64,000 bases of DNA from an uncultured delta proteobacterium (GCA_963713045.1 CAVQKE010000005.1:224001-288000); one strand, 5' to 3'; positions 24,573 to 37,004 are shown, numbered from the stretch's first letter. Program-made: numbers and translations. The notes: a model not told the origin generated them from the letters alone.

Positions 24573-25015
24573 GCCGGAGCGACATCCTTGTCCACCACGG
24601 TGGCCATGAAGTCGCCTTCGGCCACCAGCTGGCCGTCGACGGAGGCCACACCGCGGGTCTTCACCACCACCGACTTGAGGCGCACCACGGTGACGTCCAA
24701 CTGCAGCCGGTCCCCCGGCACCACCGGCCGGCGGAAGCGCGCCCCGTCAATGGCCATCAGGTACGTCACCTTCTTCTCCGGGTCGAAGCCGGTGCTGCTG
24801 TAGCAAAGCAGAGCACTGGCTTGGGCCAGTGCCTCCAGCACCAGCACGCCGGGCATCACCGGGTGGCCCGGGAAGTGGCCTTGAAAGTACGGCTCATTGG
24901 CGCTGACATTCTTGTAGGCCACCAGCCGCTGACCGGGGACCAATTCCACCACCCGGTCCACCAAGAGGAAGGGAAAGCGGTGGGGGAGGAGCCGCTGGAT
25001 TTGTAGGACGTCCAT
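24569..25015 (-). CDS. fabZ: 3-hydroxyacyl-ACP dehydratase
   Basis: [11 protein letters not shown] and [15 protein letters not shown]; its ATG overlaps the true lpxD stop (TGATG). Confidence 0.95.
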   Translation of the reverse strand: MDVLQIQRLLPHRFPFLLVDRVVELVPGQRLVAYKNVSANEPYFQGHFPGHPVMPGVLVLEALAQASALLCYSSTGFDPEKKVTYLMAIDGARFRRPVVPGDRLQLDVTVVRLKSVVVKTRGVASVDGQLVAEGDFMATVVDKDVAPA

Positions 25016-26062
25016 CACCGCTTCGTCTCCTTCTCGAGCGCCTCGAGCCGAGACCGCAACGTCCGGACTTCCCGGCATCAACTCCGCCAGCCGCGGCAGC
25101 GCCACCGACTGGCGCAGCCACGTCCAGTGGTCCACCGCGGGCGAGCCGGCGACGGTGGCGCCCTGGGGCACGTCGTGGGCCAGGCCGCTCTGGGCCTGCA
25201 CCCGGGCGCCGTCCCCAATGTGGATGTGGCCCACCACCCCCACTTGGCCAGCCAGCACCACGCCGCTGCCGACGTCGACTGAACCGGAAATCCCCACCTG
25301 CGCGCACAGCAGCGAGAGCGGCCCCACCCGGACGTTGTGCGCGATTTGCACCAGGTTGTCGATTTTTGTCCCCCGGCCGATTACGGTTTCTCCGGTGGTG
25401 GCGCGGTCAATGCAGCTGGCCGCCCCCACCTCGACGTCATCCTCAATGCGGACGATGCCGGCCTGGGGCACTTTGACGTGGGCCCGTGCTTCGGCGTCGA
25501 AGGCGAAGCCAAAGCCGTCTGCCCCCACCACCGCCGAGGCGTGCAGCACCACCCGCTCCCCCACCACACAGCCTTCCCGGACGGTGACGTTGGGGTACAG
25601 CACTGAGTCGCGGCCGATGCGGGCTTTGGCACCGACGTACGCCCCGGGGTACAGCACCGCGCCCTCGGCCACCTCGGCCTCGGCCTCCACCGTGGCCAGG
25701 GCCATCACACAGGCCCCGGGGTGCACCCGGGCCGCCGGATGGACGTTGGCGTTCGGGCTGATGCCTGCGGGAGGCCGGGCCTCGGGATGAAACAGCGCGG
25801 AAATGCGGGCGTAGGCCAGGTGGGGATTGGGCACCTGGACCAGCGCCAAGTCGGCCCGAGGCGAGTCCTCCCCAAGCGGCACCAGCACCGCGCGGGCCTT
25901 GGTGGCTTGGAGGGCCTCCCGGTAGCGGTGGCTGGCGTAGAAGGAGAGGTCGGCCGGGCCAGCCTCGGCCAGCCCTCCCACGCCGTGGATGAGGAGCGAG
26001 CCGTCGCCCCGAAGCCTTCCGCCGACGTGGGCGACGAGCTCGGCCAGTGGCCGCGCGGCCAT
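25015..26062 (-). CDS. lpxD: UDP-3-O-acylglucosamine N-acyltransferase, with an apparent +1 indel near 25075
   Basis: [29 protein letters not shown]. Removing one C restores the C-terminal [21 protein letters not shown]. Confidence 0.93.
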
Positions 26063-26085
26063 GGGGGAGTCCCCTCGCCCCTAAC

Positions 26086-26682
26086 CTACTTGGGCGTCGC
26101 GGGGCTGGTGGTGGCGGTGGTCGACTTCTTGGCCGGGGTGCTGGTGGCAGTGCCCCCCGCCTTGCTCTTCTCGTTGAACTGGCGAATCAACTCGTTGGTG
26201 ATGTCCAAGCTGGCGGGGGCGTAGAGCAGTCCGGAGTCCGTCTTTTCAAACACCATGGTGAAGCCGTCGCGCTGAGCGATTCCCTGAATAATCGGCTGCA
26301 TCTTGCCGAGGATGCCGCTCAACGTCTCGCGCTCGGTCTGCGCCAACTCGGCGCGGCCCTTCTCGAAGCGCTGCTGCAAGTCGTACAGCTTCTTCTGCAG
26401 CTCCGTGCCCTGCTGGGTGCGGGCGGCATCGGTCATCGTCGCCATCTGCTTCTCGAAGGTTTCCTTCTCCTTCTTGAGGACTTCCTGCTCCTTGTCGATT
26501 TCCTTCTGCTTGGCGTCGCGCATCTGCTCCAGCTTCGCCTTGGCGGCCTTACCTTCGTCCACCTCGGCGAAGGCGCGCTGCAAGTCGACGTAGGCAATCT
26601 TCAGTTCGGCAGCGTGAGCGATGCCAGGGGCCAGAAGGGACAGGCCGGCCAACAGGGCCACGAGCATTTGACGAGACGGCAT
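26086..26682 (-). CDS. skp: OmpH/Skp periplasmic chaperone
   Basis: Signal peptide, KIAYVDLQR, coiled coil and DITNELI; lies between bamA and lpxD. Confidence 0.92.
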   Translation of the reverse strand: MPSRQMLVALLAGLSLLAPGIAHAAELKIAYVDLQRAFAEVDEGKAAKAKLEQMRDAKQKEIDKEQEVLKKEKETFEKQMATMTDAARTQQGTELQKKLYDLQQRFEKGRAELAQTERETLSGILGKMQPIIQGIAQRDGFTMVFEKTDSGLLYAPASLDITNELIRQFNEKSKAGGTATSTPAKKSTTATTSPATPK

Positions 26683-26797
26683 GGGGATGTGAGCTCCGAT
26701 GTGAGGAATGCCGGGGAGACTTGCCGCCTGGGCCCCGCTTGGCAGCGTGGGCGGGCAACGGAGGGTCCCGGCGGACGGCCTCCAAAAAAGTCCGCGC

Positions 26798-26827
26798 ACA
26801 CTAGAGGCGCCCCCCGTGCGCCGTCAA
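26798..26827 (-). promoter_or_regulatory. Putative sigma70 promoter for skp-lpxD-fabZ-lpxA-lpxI
   Basis: TTGACG-18-TAGTGT in the bamA-skp intergenic region. Confidence 0.5.
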
Positions 26828-26951
26828 GAGAGACACCGGGACCGGTCGCTCGCAGGGAAGATGTCCGCCGCAGAAGCGCTGAAAGATGTCCGCTCCAGGA
26901 GCCCCGAAGCTTCCAGCTGGGGGCCGAGCGCCTCCCTCGGGAGGCCGTCCG

Positions 26952-29513
26952 CTAGAAGCTGTTGCCGATGGTGAATTCGAAGAGGGGGCTCTGGTCCCCG
27001 GGGCGCGGGGTGAGCGGGATGCCCCACTCGAAGCGCAGCGGGCCGACCGGCGAAAACCAGCGGACGCCGAAGCCGGTGGCCAGAAACAGCCCCAACGGCA
27101 GGTTGTACTGTCGGTCTTGGAAGAAGTTGGCGTCCACCGCGAAGACGTTGCCGGCGTCGAAGAAGATGACGCCGCGGACGCCGGCCTTGGGGATGATGGG
27201 GATTTCCAATTCGAAGTTGGCGAGGAATTCCTTGTTCCCACCGACGGTGAAGCGGCCGGCGAGGAAGTCTCCCCGCGCCAGCGTGCCCACCAGCAACGTC
27301 GGCGAGATGCTGTTGAGGGTGTAGCCCCGCAGGGTGGTGATGCCGCCGAGGAGGTACTGCTCCGAGATGGGTAGGGGATTGTCGGGGTTCAGCTCGGCGA
27401 TGTAGCCGACGGTGAATTGCGTCTTGAAGATGAGCCCCAACAGCGGCAGTGGCACGTAAAAGCGCGTGTAGGCCTGTAGCCGCAGGAAGTTGAAGTCCCC
27501 CCCGAGAAACTTGGGTGCCACCTCGGCCGAGCCGAACAGCAAGAGGCCCTTGGTGGGGTAGAGCCGGTTGTCCCGCCGGTCGTAGGTCAGGGCCAGGCGC
27601 ACCGAGCTGGTGGTCCCGGACTTGAAGCGGTTGGCCGGGGAGGGAATGGCGCCGGAGGTGGGGATGGTGCCGCCGTTGATGCCCGAGCCGCCGGGAATGG
27701 CCGACACCCCCTCCAGGGTGTAGGTGAGAGCCGCCGTCAGGTCGTCAAGCAGGTGGTAGCCCCAGCCGACGGCTCCGCCAATCGACTGCCGAGTGAAGTC
27801 ATAGGAGTCAATCTGCGTGCGAAACAGGTCCAGGGTGAAGATGAAGTCCGAGTCGAGGAAGTAGGGCTCGAAGAAGGAGGCGGTGAAGAGTTGGCGGAGG
27901 CCTGAGACCTGTGCCGACAGCGAAGCGGTGTTGCCCCACCCGAGGAAGTTGGCCTGGCTCACCTGTGCGGTGAAGATGAAGCTCTCCACGCTGGAGAAGC
28001 CGGCGCCCACCTGGAAGGTGCCGGTGGCCTTCTCCTTGACTTCCACCGTCACCGCCACGTGGCTGTCGTCGCTGCCCGGCTTGAAGTTGATTTCGACCGT
28101 CTCGAAGTAGCCCAAGGCGGTGATGCGCTCCTTGCTGACGCGCATCCCGGAGCCCCGGAAAAGCTCGCCCTCGTAAATGCGCATCTCCCGGCGGATGACG
28201 CGGTCCCGCGTCTTGGTGTTGCCGACGATGCTGATGCTCTCGATGAGTTGCGGCTTGCCCTTCTGCACGGTGAAGGTGACCGCCACCGTCTTGGCCACCG
28301 GGTCGACCACAGTCTCCGGACTCCAGTTGGCGTAGGCGTAGCCTAAGTCCTGGTACATCTCGGAGAGCGCCTGGTCATCGTGAATGATGAATTGGCGGCT
28401 GAAGTACTGGCCCTCTCGACTGTAGACTTGAAGGCGCAGCTCCTCCTTCGGAAAAATGAGGTCGCCGGCGAAGTCGATTTTGGAGATGCGGTACGGGTCG
28501 CCCTCCTCAATTCGGATGTCGATGAAGATGTATTTCTTGTCCGGAGAGAGGGAGACGGAGGGCTTCTCGACTTTCACCTGGAGGTAGCCCCGGTCGTAGT
28601 AGGCGGCCTCGATGACTGCCAAGTCTCGTTGGAAAAGCTCCTCCCGGTAGGTGCCTTCCTGGGTGATGAAGGAGAGGTAGTTGCCTTCATGGGTGGCCAT
28701 CTCCGCCTTCAAGGTTTCGGGCGAGACTTTGATGGCGCCGATGAGGCTGATGGACTTCACCATCACCTTGGCATGCTCATTGATGACGAAGACCACATCC
28801 ACCTGCTCGGCAGCCGAAGTGACGGGCGCCAGGTTGGCGCTCGGCTTGGAGTGTGCGGCCTCCTTGGCCTTGGCCGCCGCACTGGCCAGCACCGGGTCGA
28901 CTCGGTAGGTCACCTCCGCCAGGAAGAAGCCCTTTTCCAGATACTTGGCTTGAATTTTCTTCGCGTTGCGGCGGACGGCGTCCATGTCGAGGATGGAGAA
29001 CCGCTTGATGTCGATGTCGTCCTTGAAGTCGTCTTTGCTGAGTTCCTCGTTGCCCTCCAGCTTCACCTCGCGCACCGAGGGCCTTTCAATGACGCGGATG
29101 ATGTAGGCCAAGCCTCCCTGGGGCAGCACCTGGGTCAGCAGTTGGATGTCGGCAAAGTAGCCGAGCGCCCACAGGCCCTGGAGGTCGGCGGCGGTGAGGG
29201 CCGGGTCGAAGCGGCTACCCACCCGGTTTTTCAGCGCCCGAATGACGGCCGCCGGCTCAACCCGCTGGTTTCCCTCGACGCGAATCTCGCTGATGGTGTC
29301 CGAGCCGGAGGCGGACGGCGTGTCCGACGTCGCACGCTGCCCCTGCGCCGCTGAGGCTGTGCTCAAGAGGGCGGCGGCCAGGTACAGCGCGGCGGTCGTC
29401 GACGAACGGGCGGAAACGGTGAACCTCGATGCGCGGGGTTCCAGCAGGGGGCGCGCACTGTAGGGGAGCCCCGCTGCGCCGGACAATGGGAAAACCCGCG
29501 CTCCGCCACTCAC
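26952..29513 (-). CDS. bamA: Outer-membrane protein assembly factor BamA (start uncertain)
   Basis: POTRA repeats ([22 protein letters not shown]), LRGY loop motif, [11 protein letters not shown] and C-terminal Phe. Confidence 0.95.
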   Translation of the reverse strand: MSGGARVFPLSGAAGLPYSARPLLEPRASRFTVSARSSTTAALYLAAALLSTASAAQGQRATSDTPSASGSDTISEIRVEGNQRVEPAAVIRALKNRVGSRFDPALTAADLQGLWALGYFADIQLLTQVLPQGGLAYIIRVIERPSVREVKLEGNEELSKDDFKDDIDIKRFSILDMDAVRRNAKKIQAKYLEKGFFLAEVTYRVDPVLASAAAKAKEAAHSKPSANLAPVTSAAEQVDVVFVINEHAKVMVKSISLIGAIKVSPETLKAEMATHEGNYLSFITQEGTYREELFQRDLAVIEAAYYDRGYLQVKVEKPSVSLSPDKKYIFIDIRIEEGDPYRISKIDFAGDLIFPKEELRLQVYSREGQYFSRQFIIHDDQALSEMYQDLGYAYANWSPETVVDPVAKTVAVTFTVQKGKPQLIESISIVGNTKTRDRVIRREMRIYEGELFRGSGMRVSKERITALGYFETVEINFKPGSDDSHVAVTVEVKEKATGTFQVGAGFSSVESFIFTAQVSQANFLGWGNTASLSAQVSGLRQLFTASFFEPYFLDSDFIFTLDLFRTQIDSYDFTRQSIGGAVGWGYHLLDDLTAALTYTLEGVSAIPGGSGINGGTIPTSGAIPSPANRFKSGTTSSVRLALTYDRRDNRLYPTKGLLLFGSAEVAPKFLGGDFNFLRLQAYTRFYVPLPLLGLIFKTQFTVGYIAELNPDNPLPISEQYLLGGITTLRGYTLNSISPTLLVGTLARGDFLAGRFTVGGNKEFLANFELEIPIIPKAGVRGVIFFDAGNVFAVDANFFQDRQYNLPLGLFLATGFGVRWFSPVGPLRFEWGIPLTPRPGDQSPLFEFTIGNSF

Positions 29514-30184
29514 GCCGGCAGAACCTTCTCCGCTTGAAGACGCAGCCGCCGTGGCATGGAACGGGCGAGCGCTTCGTTGTGGGTGACCACCACCATGGTG
29601 AGGCCCAAGTCTCGGTTCACCTCGCGGAGCAGCTGGTGAATGCCCTCCCCTGTCGCCGGGTCGAGGTTGCCCGTCGGCTCGTCCGCCAGCAGCAGTGCCG
29701 GCTGCAAGACGAGCGCCCGGGCGAGCGCCACGCGTTGCGCCTCGCCGCCGGACAACTCCCCGGGCCGGTGTTCCAGCCGCGCGCCGAGGCCAACCCGTTC
29801 CAGCAGCGCGCGCGCCTGGCGCAACGCCGCCGTGCGGTCCACCCGCTGCACCAGCGCTGGCATGGCGACGTTTTCCAGGGCGGTGAATTCCGGGAGGAGG
29901 AAGTGGCTCTGGAAGACGAAGCCAATGGTGCGGTTGCGAAAGCGGGCCACCGCCGCGTCGCTCAACTCGAAAACGCTTGTTCCGTCGAAGCGGAGCGAGC
30001 CGGCCACCGGCGCGTCCAACGTGCCGAGGACGTGCAGGAAGGTGCTCTTCCCCGCCCCGGAGGCGCCCACCAGGCTCACCAACTCGCCACTCTCGATGTC
30101 CAGCGAGACGCCGCTCAGCACGTCGATGCGCTTGCCGTGCAGCCAATAACTCTTGAAGACGTCCCGAATTTCGACCAGTGCCAT
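29510..30184 (-). CDS. lolD: Lipoprotein-releasing ABC transporter ATPase
   Basis: [44 protein letters not shown]. Confidence 0.9.
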   Translation of the reverse strand: MALVEIRDVFKSYWLHGKRIDVLSGVSLDIESGELVSLVGASGAGKSTFLHVLGTLDAPVAGSLRFDGTSVFELSDAAVARFRNRTIGFVFQSHFLLPEFTALENVAMPALVQRVDRTAALRQARALLERVGLGARLEHRPGELSGGEAQRVALARALVLQPALLLADEPTGNLDPATGEGIHQLLREVNRDLGLTMVVVTHNEALARSMPRRLRLQAEKVLPA

Positions 30185-30191
30185 GGGCGTC

Positions 30192-32534
30192 CTATTCCGC
30201 CTTCAGGCCTTCCACCGGCTCCACCTGCGACGCCCTGAGCGCGGGGAACACCGAGGCCAAATAGGACACCAGCACTGCGATGACGACGGCCAGCGCGGTC
30301 TGCAGCGGCTCCACTTTCACCGGCAGCGAGTGGATGTAATACACCTGGGGGTCCATCCGGAGCCCCACCTTCTCGATGAAGAAGCACCAGGCCAGGCCCG
30401 ACAGCAGCCCGAGGAGGCCGCCGGCCACGCCAATCTGCAGTCCCTCGGCCAGAAAAATCTTCACCACTCCGCTGTCCGGGACGCCGAGCGCCTTGAGGAC
30501 CGAAATCTCCTTGCGCTTCTCGAGCACCAGCATGGTGACGGTGGCCACAATCAGACCGGCGGCGACGATGACGATGATGGTCAGGATGATGCCCATCATC
30601 AGCTTCTCCAGCCGCAGCGCCGAGAAGAGGTTCCGGTTCATCTCCCCCCAGTCCTTGGTGCGGTAGGGGTAGCCGTCCAGCGCCTGGAGCGCGCTCCCGG
30701 CAATTCGCCGCGCGTCATCCACGTCGGCCACCTTCATCTCCACGCCGGTGGCACCCTTGACGTCGAGGAAACTCTGCGCCTCGCCGAGCGAGATGTACGC
30801 AAACTTCGAGTCATATTCGTACATCCCGGTGTAGAAGATGCCGGCCACGCGGAAGGCGCGCGCCCGCGGCAGCGGGCCGGTCGGCCCCATGCCTCCGCCC
30901 AACGGGGAAATGGCCGTCACCCGGTCGCCCACCAGCACCCTCAGCGAGGCGGCCAGCTCTCGTCCAAGCAGAATGCCCGGAAGCACCGGCTGCGCAGCGC
31001 CGGAGTGCTTCACCACCACGTCGTCCTCGTCCGAGTGAGGGCGAGTGGAGGGGCGCACCGGGATGGAAGCCGGGACGTCGAGGCCGGCGATGGAACCGCC
31101 GGGAAGCACATTGCGCGGCAAGTCGGTGACGCTGCCCACCGTCGCCGGGTCGATGCCCTTGAGGATGGTCCCGTCGACGTTGCCCTCCGAGGCAACCATC
31201 ACCTGTCCGAAGATGAAGGGCGTCACGCCGACCACCCCGCGCAGCCCCTCCACCTTCTTCATCACCTCGGCGTACTCCGGCATCGCCCCGTTGTCGGTGT
31301 ACTTGAGGACCACCACGTGCGCGTTGGTGCCGAGAATTTTGGTTTGCAGGTCCGCTTCGAAGCCGCTCATCACCGACAGGACGATGATGAGCGCCATCAC
31401 CCCCACCCCCACCCCGCCAACGCTGAGGGCGGTCATCATCGCCGTGGCGCTCTGCGCCTTCTCCGCCCGGGCCCGCTGCGCCGCGGCGGCCAACATCGGG
31501 TCCTTCAGGCCGAGGGCGCGGATGCGGGTGCGCTCCACCGCGGCGTCGGCCGCCCGAAGCACGGCCAGCACCAACAGCGGTGGGACGACGCCCAACAGCA
31601 GCACCAACAGCCCCCCCAGCAGCAGCCGCGGGCGAAACACCTGGACGTGGCGGGTGGCCACGAAAAGTTCAAAGCCGGTGCGCAAGTCCAGCGTGCCGCT
31701 GCCGCCGGCGACGAAGCCGGACAGAATGCCCAGCGCCAGCGCCACCACCAACAGGGTGAAGGTCAGCCAATAGGCAATTTCCGGCCGCCCGATGAGTTCC
31801 GCCAGGTAGGTGACTTCCCGCAGGCGGTAGCCCACCCACAGCGCGGCCCGTGGAAAGTTGGGCAACACCGTCAGCAGCAGTGGCAGCGGCGTCCCCAGGT
31901 AGAGCACGGCGATGGTGGCCTCGGGCGCCGCCAGCCGGCGGCCCCGGGCCGCGCCCAGCGCGCCGCATCCGAAGGCCACCAGTGCGGCGGCCAACAGCGA
32001 GAGGGCGAAAGCACTGGGGGGCGACATGCCCAGCCCGCGCGAACCGCTGGCCAGCCACGTCTGCAGCAGCACCAGCACCACCTCGGAGCCGAGGATGGCG
32101 GCGGCGTAGGCGGCGAACGTCGCTGGAGAGAAGTCCCGCCAGGCGGCCAGCGGCGGGTAGAGGGGCGCCTTGGCCGCGGCGCTCGGCGTTTCGGCGACGG
32201 CTTCCTGGTGGGGGATGCTGAGAGCCAGAAGCACCCAGCCCGCCGCCCAGCCAAGCGCCCCGGCCACCAGCCACCGCCAGGGCAACAGCAGCGGCACCGC
32301 CGGGCCGTGGTGGGCTGCGCTGTACAGGGCGGAGGCCGCCTGGGCCAGGCCACCCCAGCCCGGGGCCAACAGGGCAAGCGCCGAGACGAGGGAGTCGGCG
32401 GCACCGGCCTGGCGCACCGCCAGCAGCAACGAAGCCAGGCCGGCCACCGCCAACAGCAGGCCGAAGGCCCGCAGCGCCCAGCGCGGCCTCGCCGCCTGGG
32501 ACGCCTCCAGCGTGGCGGTGGCAACGGAATTCAT
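30192..32534 (-). CDS. LolC/E-type ABC permease with a long extra N-terminal membrane region
   Basis: C-terminal ~420 aa carry [43 protein letters not shown] and YYIHSLP. Confidence 0.88.
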   Translation of the reverse strand: MNSVATATLEASQAARPRWALRAFGLLLAVAGLASLLLAVRQAGAADSLVSALALLAPGWGGLAQAASALYSAAHHGPAVPLLLPWRWLVAGALGWAAGWVLLALSIPHQEAVAETPSAAAKAPLYPPLAAWRDFSPATFAAYAAAILGSEVVLVLLQTWLASGSRGLGMSPPSAFALSLLAAALVAFGCGALGAARGRRLAAPEATIAVLYLGTPLPLLLTVLPNFPRAALWVGYRLREVTYLAELIGRPEIAYWLTFTLLVVALALGILSGFVAGGSGTLDLRTGFELFVATRHVQVFRPRLLLGGLLVLLLGVVPPLLVLAVLRAADAAVERTRIRALGLKDPMLAAAAQRARAEKAQSATAMMTALSVGGVGVGVMALIIVLSVMSGFEADLQTKILGTNAHVVVLKYTDNGAMPEYAEVMKKVEGLRGVVGVTPFIFGQVMVASEGNVDGTILKGIDPATVGSVTDLPRNVLPGGSIAGLDVPASIPVRPSTRPHSDEDDVVVKHSGAAQPVLPGILLGRELAASLRVLVGDRVTAISPLGGGMGPTGPLPRARAFRVAGIFYTGMYEYDSKFAYISLGEAQSFLDVKGATGVEMKVADVDDARRIAGSALQALDGYPYRTKDWGEMNRNLFSALRLEKLMMGIILTIIVIVAAGLIVATVTMLVLEKRKEISVLKALGVPDSGVVKIFLAEGLQIGVAGGLLGLLSGLAWCFFIEKVGLRMDPQVYYIHSLPVKVEPLQTALAVVIAVLVSYLASVFPALRASQVEPVEGLKAE

Positions 32535-34042
32535 CTGCCCACGGGGCGAAGCTGCGGAAAGAGGATGACGTCGCGGATGGAGGGCGCGTCCGTCAGCAAC
32601 ATCGCCAGCCGGTCGATGCCAATGCCCTCGCCGGCGGTCGGCGGGAGGCCATGCTCCAGGGCTCGGACGTAGTCCTCGTCGTAGTCCATGGTCTCCGCCT
32701 GGCCCCGCTCCTTGGCCGCCACCTGCTCGAGGAAGCGCTCGCGCTGGTCGGCCGGGTCGTTCAACTCAGAGAAGCCGTTGGCGATTTCCCTCCCTGCGAC
32801 AAACAGCTCGAAGCGGTCCGCCATTTCCGGGTCCGCGTCGTTGCGCCGCGACAGGGGGCTAATGGCGGTGGGAAAGTGTGTCACGAAGGTGGGTTGGACC
32901 AGGCGCGGTTCCACCAACACGCCGAACAGTTGCCCCAGAAGCTCTCCGGCGTTGCGCTGTTGGGCGGCCTCGGCTTCGGCGGGGGAGAGGTGGCGGCGGA
33001 GCTCGGCAGAAAGCGCCTGGGCATCGCGGGTGTCCTTCTCGCTGAAAGAGGGCACCGCCTCCCGCACCGCGTCGGCCATGCGGACGCGCTTCCAGCCCTT
33101 GGCGAAGGACAACGAGGTGCCCTGGTACACCAACTCGGTCGAACCCGTCACCCGCTCGGCCGCCGAGGACACCATCTCCTCGGTGAGGTCCATCAAGTCC
33201 TCATAGGTGGCGTAGGCCTGGTAAAACTCGAGCATCGTGAATTCGGGGTTGTGTCGTGTGGAGAGCCCCTCATTGCGGAAGTTGCGGTTCATCTCATAGA
33301 CGCGCTCCAGGCCCCCCACCACCAGGCGCTTCAAGTACAGCTCGGGCGCGATGCGCAGGTAGAGGTCCACGTCCAGCGCGTTGTGGTGGGTGCTGAAGGG
33401 GCGGGCCGCGGCGCCCGACACCAGGCTGTGCATCATCGGGGTCTCCACCTCGACGAAGCCCCGCTCATCCAGAAAGGCCCGAAGGAAGCGCACCAACTCG
33501 GTCCGTCGAAGGAAGGTTTGCTTGACGCTGGGGTTGGCCACCAAGTCCAGGTAGCGCTGGCGGTAGCGCAGCTCCGTGTCCTGAAGCCCGTGCCACTTCT
33601 CCGGCAGGGGCCTCACTGCCTTGGTGAGTGGCAGATAGTCGGTACAGGCCAGGGTGAGCTCTCCGGTCTTGCTTCGGAAGAGGGTCCCGGTGACGCCGAT
33701 GAAGTCCCCCACGTCGGTGAGGCGGAAGCGTTCATAGGCCTCCTTCAGGACGTCCTGCTTCACGTGCACTTGAATTTCCCCGGAGCGGTCGCGCAGCTTG
33801 AGGAAGGCCGCCTTGCCGAAGGAGCGGATGGCCACCACCCGGCCGGCGACGGTGTAGCGGTGGCCGGCGGCCTCCAGTTGCTCGGCGCTTTCGCCGCCAT
33901 GGGCGCGGACAATGTCTGCGGCCAGGGCGCCCGGCCGAAAGCCGTTGCTGTAGGGGTTGAGGCCCAGCGCCCGCCAGCCCTTGGCCTTCTCCAGGCGCTG
34001 GGCGATGAGTTCATTTTCTTTGTCGGTCGTCTCGTCGGCCAT
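32531..34042 (-). CDS. lysS: Lysyl-tRNA synthetase (class II)
   Basis: RPLPEKWHGL, YRQRYLDL, FRNEG, HNPEFT, GIGIDRL. Confidence 0.97.
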   Translation of the reverse strand: MADETTDKENELIAQRLEKAKGWRALGLNPYSNGFRPGALAADIVRAHGGESAEQLEAAGHRYTVAGRVVAIRSFGKAAFLKLRDRSGEIQVHVKQDVLKEAYERFRLTDVGDFIGVTGTLFRSKTGELTLACTDYLPLTKAVRPLPEKWHGLQDTELRYRQRYLDLVANPSVKQTFLRRTELVRFLRAFLDERGFVEVETPMMHSLVSGAAARPFSTHHNALDVDLYLRIAPELYLKRLVVGGLERVYEMNRNFRNEGLSTRHNPEFTMLEFYQAYATYEDLMDLTEEMVSSAAERVTGSTELVYQGTSLSFAKGWKRVRMADAVREAVPSFSEKDTRDAQALSAELRRHLSPAEAEAAQQRNAGELLGQLFGVLVEPRLVQPTFVTHFPTAISPLSRRNDADPEMADRFELFVAGREIANGFSELNDPADQRERFLEQVAAKERGQAETMDYDEDYVRALEHGLPPTAGEGIGIDRLAMLLTDAPSIRDVILFPQLRPVGR

Positions 34043-34063
34043 GGTGGGGAGCGCCCCTCCTCG

Positions 34064-35183
34064 CTACTCCGGTAGGGCCCGGGCCGGGTTCTTCACCCCC
34101 AGCAGCTGAGCGGTGATGAAGTCGTCCAAGTCGCCGTCGAGGACGGCGTCCACGTTTCCCGTCTCCACGCCGGTGCGCAAGTCCTTCACCAGCCGGTAGG
34201 GCGCGAGGACGTAGGAGCGAATCTGCGAGCCAAAGGCGATGTCCTTCTTTTGGGACTCCACCTCGTCCCGGACCTTGTCCCGCTTGTTCCGCTCCAGGTC
34301 GAAGAGGCGGGCGCGGAGGATTTTCCACGCCATATCTCGGTTGGCATGCTGGCTGCGCTCGTTCTGCATGGCCACCGTAATTCCGCTGGGCAGGTGCGTC
34401 AGCCGCACCGCCGAGGACGTCTTGTTCACCTTCTGACCGCCGGCGCCGCTGGCACGGTAGACGTCCACCCGGACGTCCTTTTCGGGAATGTCGATGACGA
34501 TGTCGTCATCCACCTCGGGGTACACCGTCACCGAGGCGAAGGACGTCTGGCGGCGTGCGTTGGCGTCGAAGGGGCTGATGCGCACCAGCCGGTGCACCCC
34601 ATTCTCCGCCTTCAGGTAGCCGTAGGCGTTCTCGCCGACAATCCGGACCGAGACATTCTTGACGCCCGCTTCCTCGCCGGCGACGAAGTCATTGACTTCC
34701 ACCGTCCAGCCCTTGCTCTCGGCGAAGCGGCTGTACATGCGAAGCAGCATGGCGGCCCAGTCCATCGACTCGGTGCCGCCGGCGCCGGCGTTGATGTCCA
34801 TGTAGCAGTTGGCCGCGTCGTTCTCGCCGGACAACATCCGCTGCAGTTCCAGCTTGTCGATGCTGGCGGTGAGGGCCGGCAGCTGCGCTTCGGCCTCCGC
34901 CCGGCTCGCGGCATCGTCCGCCTCGGCGGCGAGCTCAAACAAGGTGCGAGCGTCCAGCAGCCCGGCTGCAATCCGCTCCACCGAGTCCACCGTGGCTTCC
35001 AGCTGCGACTTTTCCTTCAGGACGCCCTGCGCCTTGGCGTTTTCATTCCAGAAGTCGGGATGGGAGGCGTCCCGTTCAATTTGGGCAATCCGCGAGCGCT
35101 TGCGTTCGACGTCAAAGAGTCCCCCGGAGCGCGTTGAGTCGCGCCTCGAGAGCTGTCAGCACTTCCATCACGTCCAAAGGCAT
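34064..35183 (-). CDS. prfB: Peptide chain release factor 2, with programmed +1 frameshift
   Basis: Short ORF MPLDVMEV...LRGTL ends in CTT TGA C preceded by an internal SD-like CGGGGG. The +1 frame continues DVERKRSR..DFW, then the SPF and GGQ motifs. Confidence 0.97.
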
Positions 35184-35193
35184 TCCCTGTCCC

Positions 35194-36918
35194 TCACGCG
35201 GCTGCGACTTGCCGGCGCCTCCGACGGGCGCGGAGCAGCGCCAGGAAGGTACCGACCACCGAAAAGAGCGCCGCAAGGTAAGCGGGAATGTCCCCCAGCA
35301 CAACGTAGACCGTCCTCTCTTTGAGGAGCGGCAGCTCGGCCATCCGCCATTCCGGCCCCACCAGCTCGTCCGCCGTCACCCGGGGCCGGTCGCTGTCGGT
35401 GAGGCCGATGGGGGTCGCCTGGCTCACCCGCCCCAGCGGGTCGATGAAGGCGCTTATCCCGGTGTTGGCTGCCCGGGCGAAGGGACGCCCGGTTTCCACA
35501 CTCCGCATCGCCACCTTGCGCAGGAATTGGAAGTTGGCGGAGGAAAAGCCGTACCAGGCGTCGTTCGTCATGTTGACGAGAATGTCGGCGCCGTCCTGGA
35601 CCAGCTCGCGGGAGATTTCCGGGAAAATGGCGTCGTAGCAGATTTCGATGCCCACTTTGATGGGAGGACCGCCCTGCCGCACCAGCACCGCCGGACTCAA
35701 GTTGGCCCCGGGGGCGAAGGTGCCCGGCACCAGGTTTTGAATGGGGAGCCACTCGTCGAGGTGAAGGGGGATGTATTCACCGAAGGGCACCAGGTGGTGC
35801 TTCACGTAGTGGAATTCAATGTCCAGGGGGGGACCCACCAGGAAGGCCGCATTCTCGTTGCCGCGGCGGAGGTCGCGCGGGTCGTACACGTCGACCCCGA
35901 TGAGGAGTCGCGCGTGGTGAAGCACACCATCCAGATGAGCGCCTTCCACCGACGTCACCCCGGTGGGAAAGGCCAGCGGGTAGCTGGCCTCGGGCCACAC
36001 CACCAAGTCCGCCCCGGCGGCGTCGGCGGCCTCGGTGGCCGGCAGGTAGCGGCCGAGGATGGTGTTGGCCCGGCTGCCCTGCACCATCTTCAGCTTCTGG
36101 TCGATGTTGCCCTGCACCACCGCCACCCGCACCGTGGGGGCACGGGCGATGAGGCCATCCCACCGCTGGACCCGCCACGCCCCATACAGGTGGCCAGCCA
36201 CCAGCACCCCGGCGGCCACCCCCAACAGCGCCCTTGGAAGGGGGCGCTCCCGCCCCAGGCGCCAGCGGAGCGTTTCGAAAATGGCCCCATTCACCACCCC
36301 CAAGGCGAGGACAATTCCGTAGACGCCGGCGAGGGAGGCAATCTGGCTGAAGTAGAGGTTGCGCGCCTGCGAGTAGCCGAGGTTGGTCCAGGGGTAGCCG
36401 GACAGGGAATAGTTGCGCAGCAACTCGATGGCCATCCACACCGGCCCCACCGTCCAGCCCGGGGCCCAGCCGAGGTGGACGTCCATGGTGCGCACTGCCC
36501 AGGCCCCCAGCGCCCAGTGGAAGGCGCAGTACAGGATGAGGAGCTCGAGCGCTGGAATGCTGAGCCAGTTGGGCATGCCGCCGAAGGTGGTCATCGCCAC
36601 GTTGACCCACCAAAAGGTGCCGTTGAAGAAGGCGATGCCAGCCAGCAGTCCAGCGGCAAACGCGGCCCGCGTGCGCAGCCCGCGCAGCGCCCACAGCAGC
36701 GGCACCAGACAGACGAAGGCCAGCGGCTCGAGCACCCCACTCGGGAAAAGCTCGTGCCGTGGGCCCACTGGGAAAGCCAGCGGGAAGGCCGCGGCCCCGA
36801 GGAGGCCGGAGAGCAGCACCAGCCCGAGACGCTTCGGGGTGAGAAGGCGCGCCGGCCGAGGGGCCATTCCCACCGCAACGGCGGGCGGCGGTGTCAGGGT
36901 GGAGGGTGCGGTGGCCAT
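35194..36918 (-). CDS. lnt: Apolipoprotein N-acyltransferase
   Basis: GYPW, VQGNI, VWPE, KHHLVPFGEY, ICYD, NDAWY, RAANTGIS. Confidence 0.95.
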   Translation of the reverse strand: MATAPSTLTPPPAVAVGMAPRPARLLTPKRLGLVLLSGLLGAAAFPLAFPVGPRHELFPSGVLEPLAFVCLVPLLWALRGLRTRAAFAAGLLAGIAFFNGTFWWVNVAMTTFGGMPNWLSIPALELLILYCAFHWALGAWAVRTMDVHLGWAPGWTVGPVWMAIELLRNYSLSGYPWTNLGYSQARNLYFSQIASLAGVYGIVLALGVVNGAIFETLRWRLGRERPLPRALLGVAAGVLVAGHLYGAWRVQRWDGLIARAPTVRVAVVQGNIDQKLKMVQGSRANTILGRYLPATEAADAAGADLVVWPEASYPLAFPTGVTSVEGAHLDGVLHHARLLIGVDVYDPRDLRRGNENAAFLVGPPLDIEFHYVKHHLVPFGEYIPLHLDEWLPIQNLVPGTFAPGANLSPAVLVRQGGPPIKVGIEICYDAIFPEISRELVQDGADILVNMTNDAWYGFSSANFQFLRKVAMRSVETGRPFARAANTGISAFIDPLGRVSQATPIGLTDSDRPRVTADELVGPEWRMAELPLLKERTVYVVLGDIPAYLAALFSVVGTFLALLRARRRRRQVAAA

Positions 36919-37004
36919 GCGGCGGAAGAGGCGGCTGACCCCTCTAGCAGAAAGTGCCCCGCAAACGAGTGCGACGGACGTGCGACAAAGGCCAGGCCGG
37001 CCCG

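Noticed and set aside
24569..26062. 497-aa LpxD-FabZ 'fusion'
   Set aside because: Removing one C near 25075 restores the LpxD coiled-coil end and a TGATG stop/start junction, so it is probably a sequencing indel.
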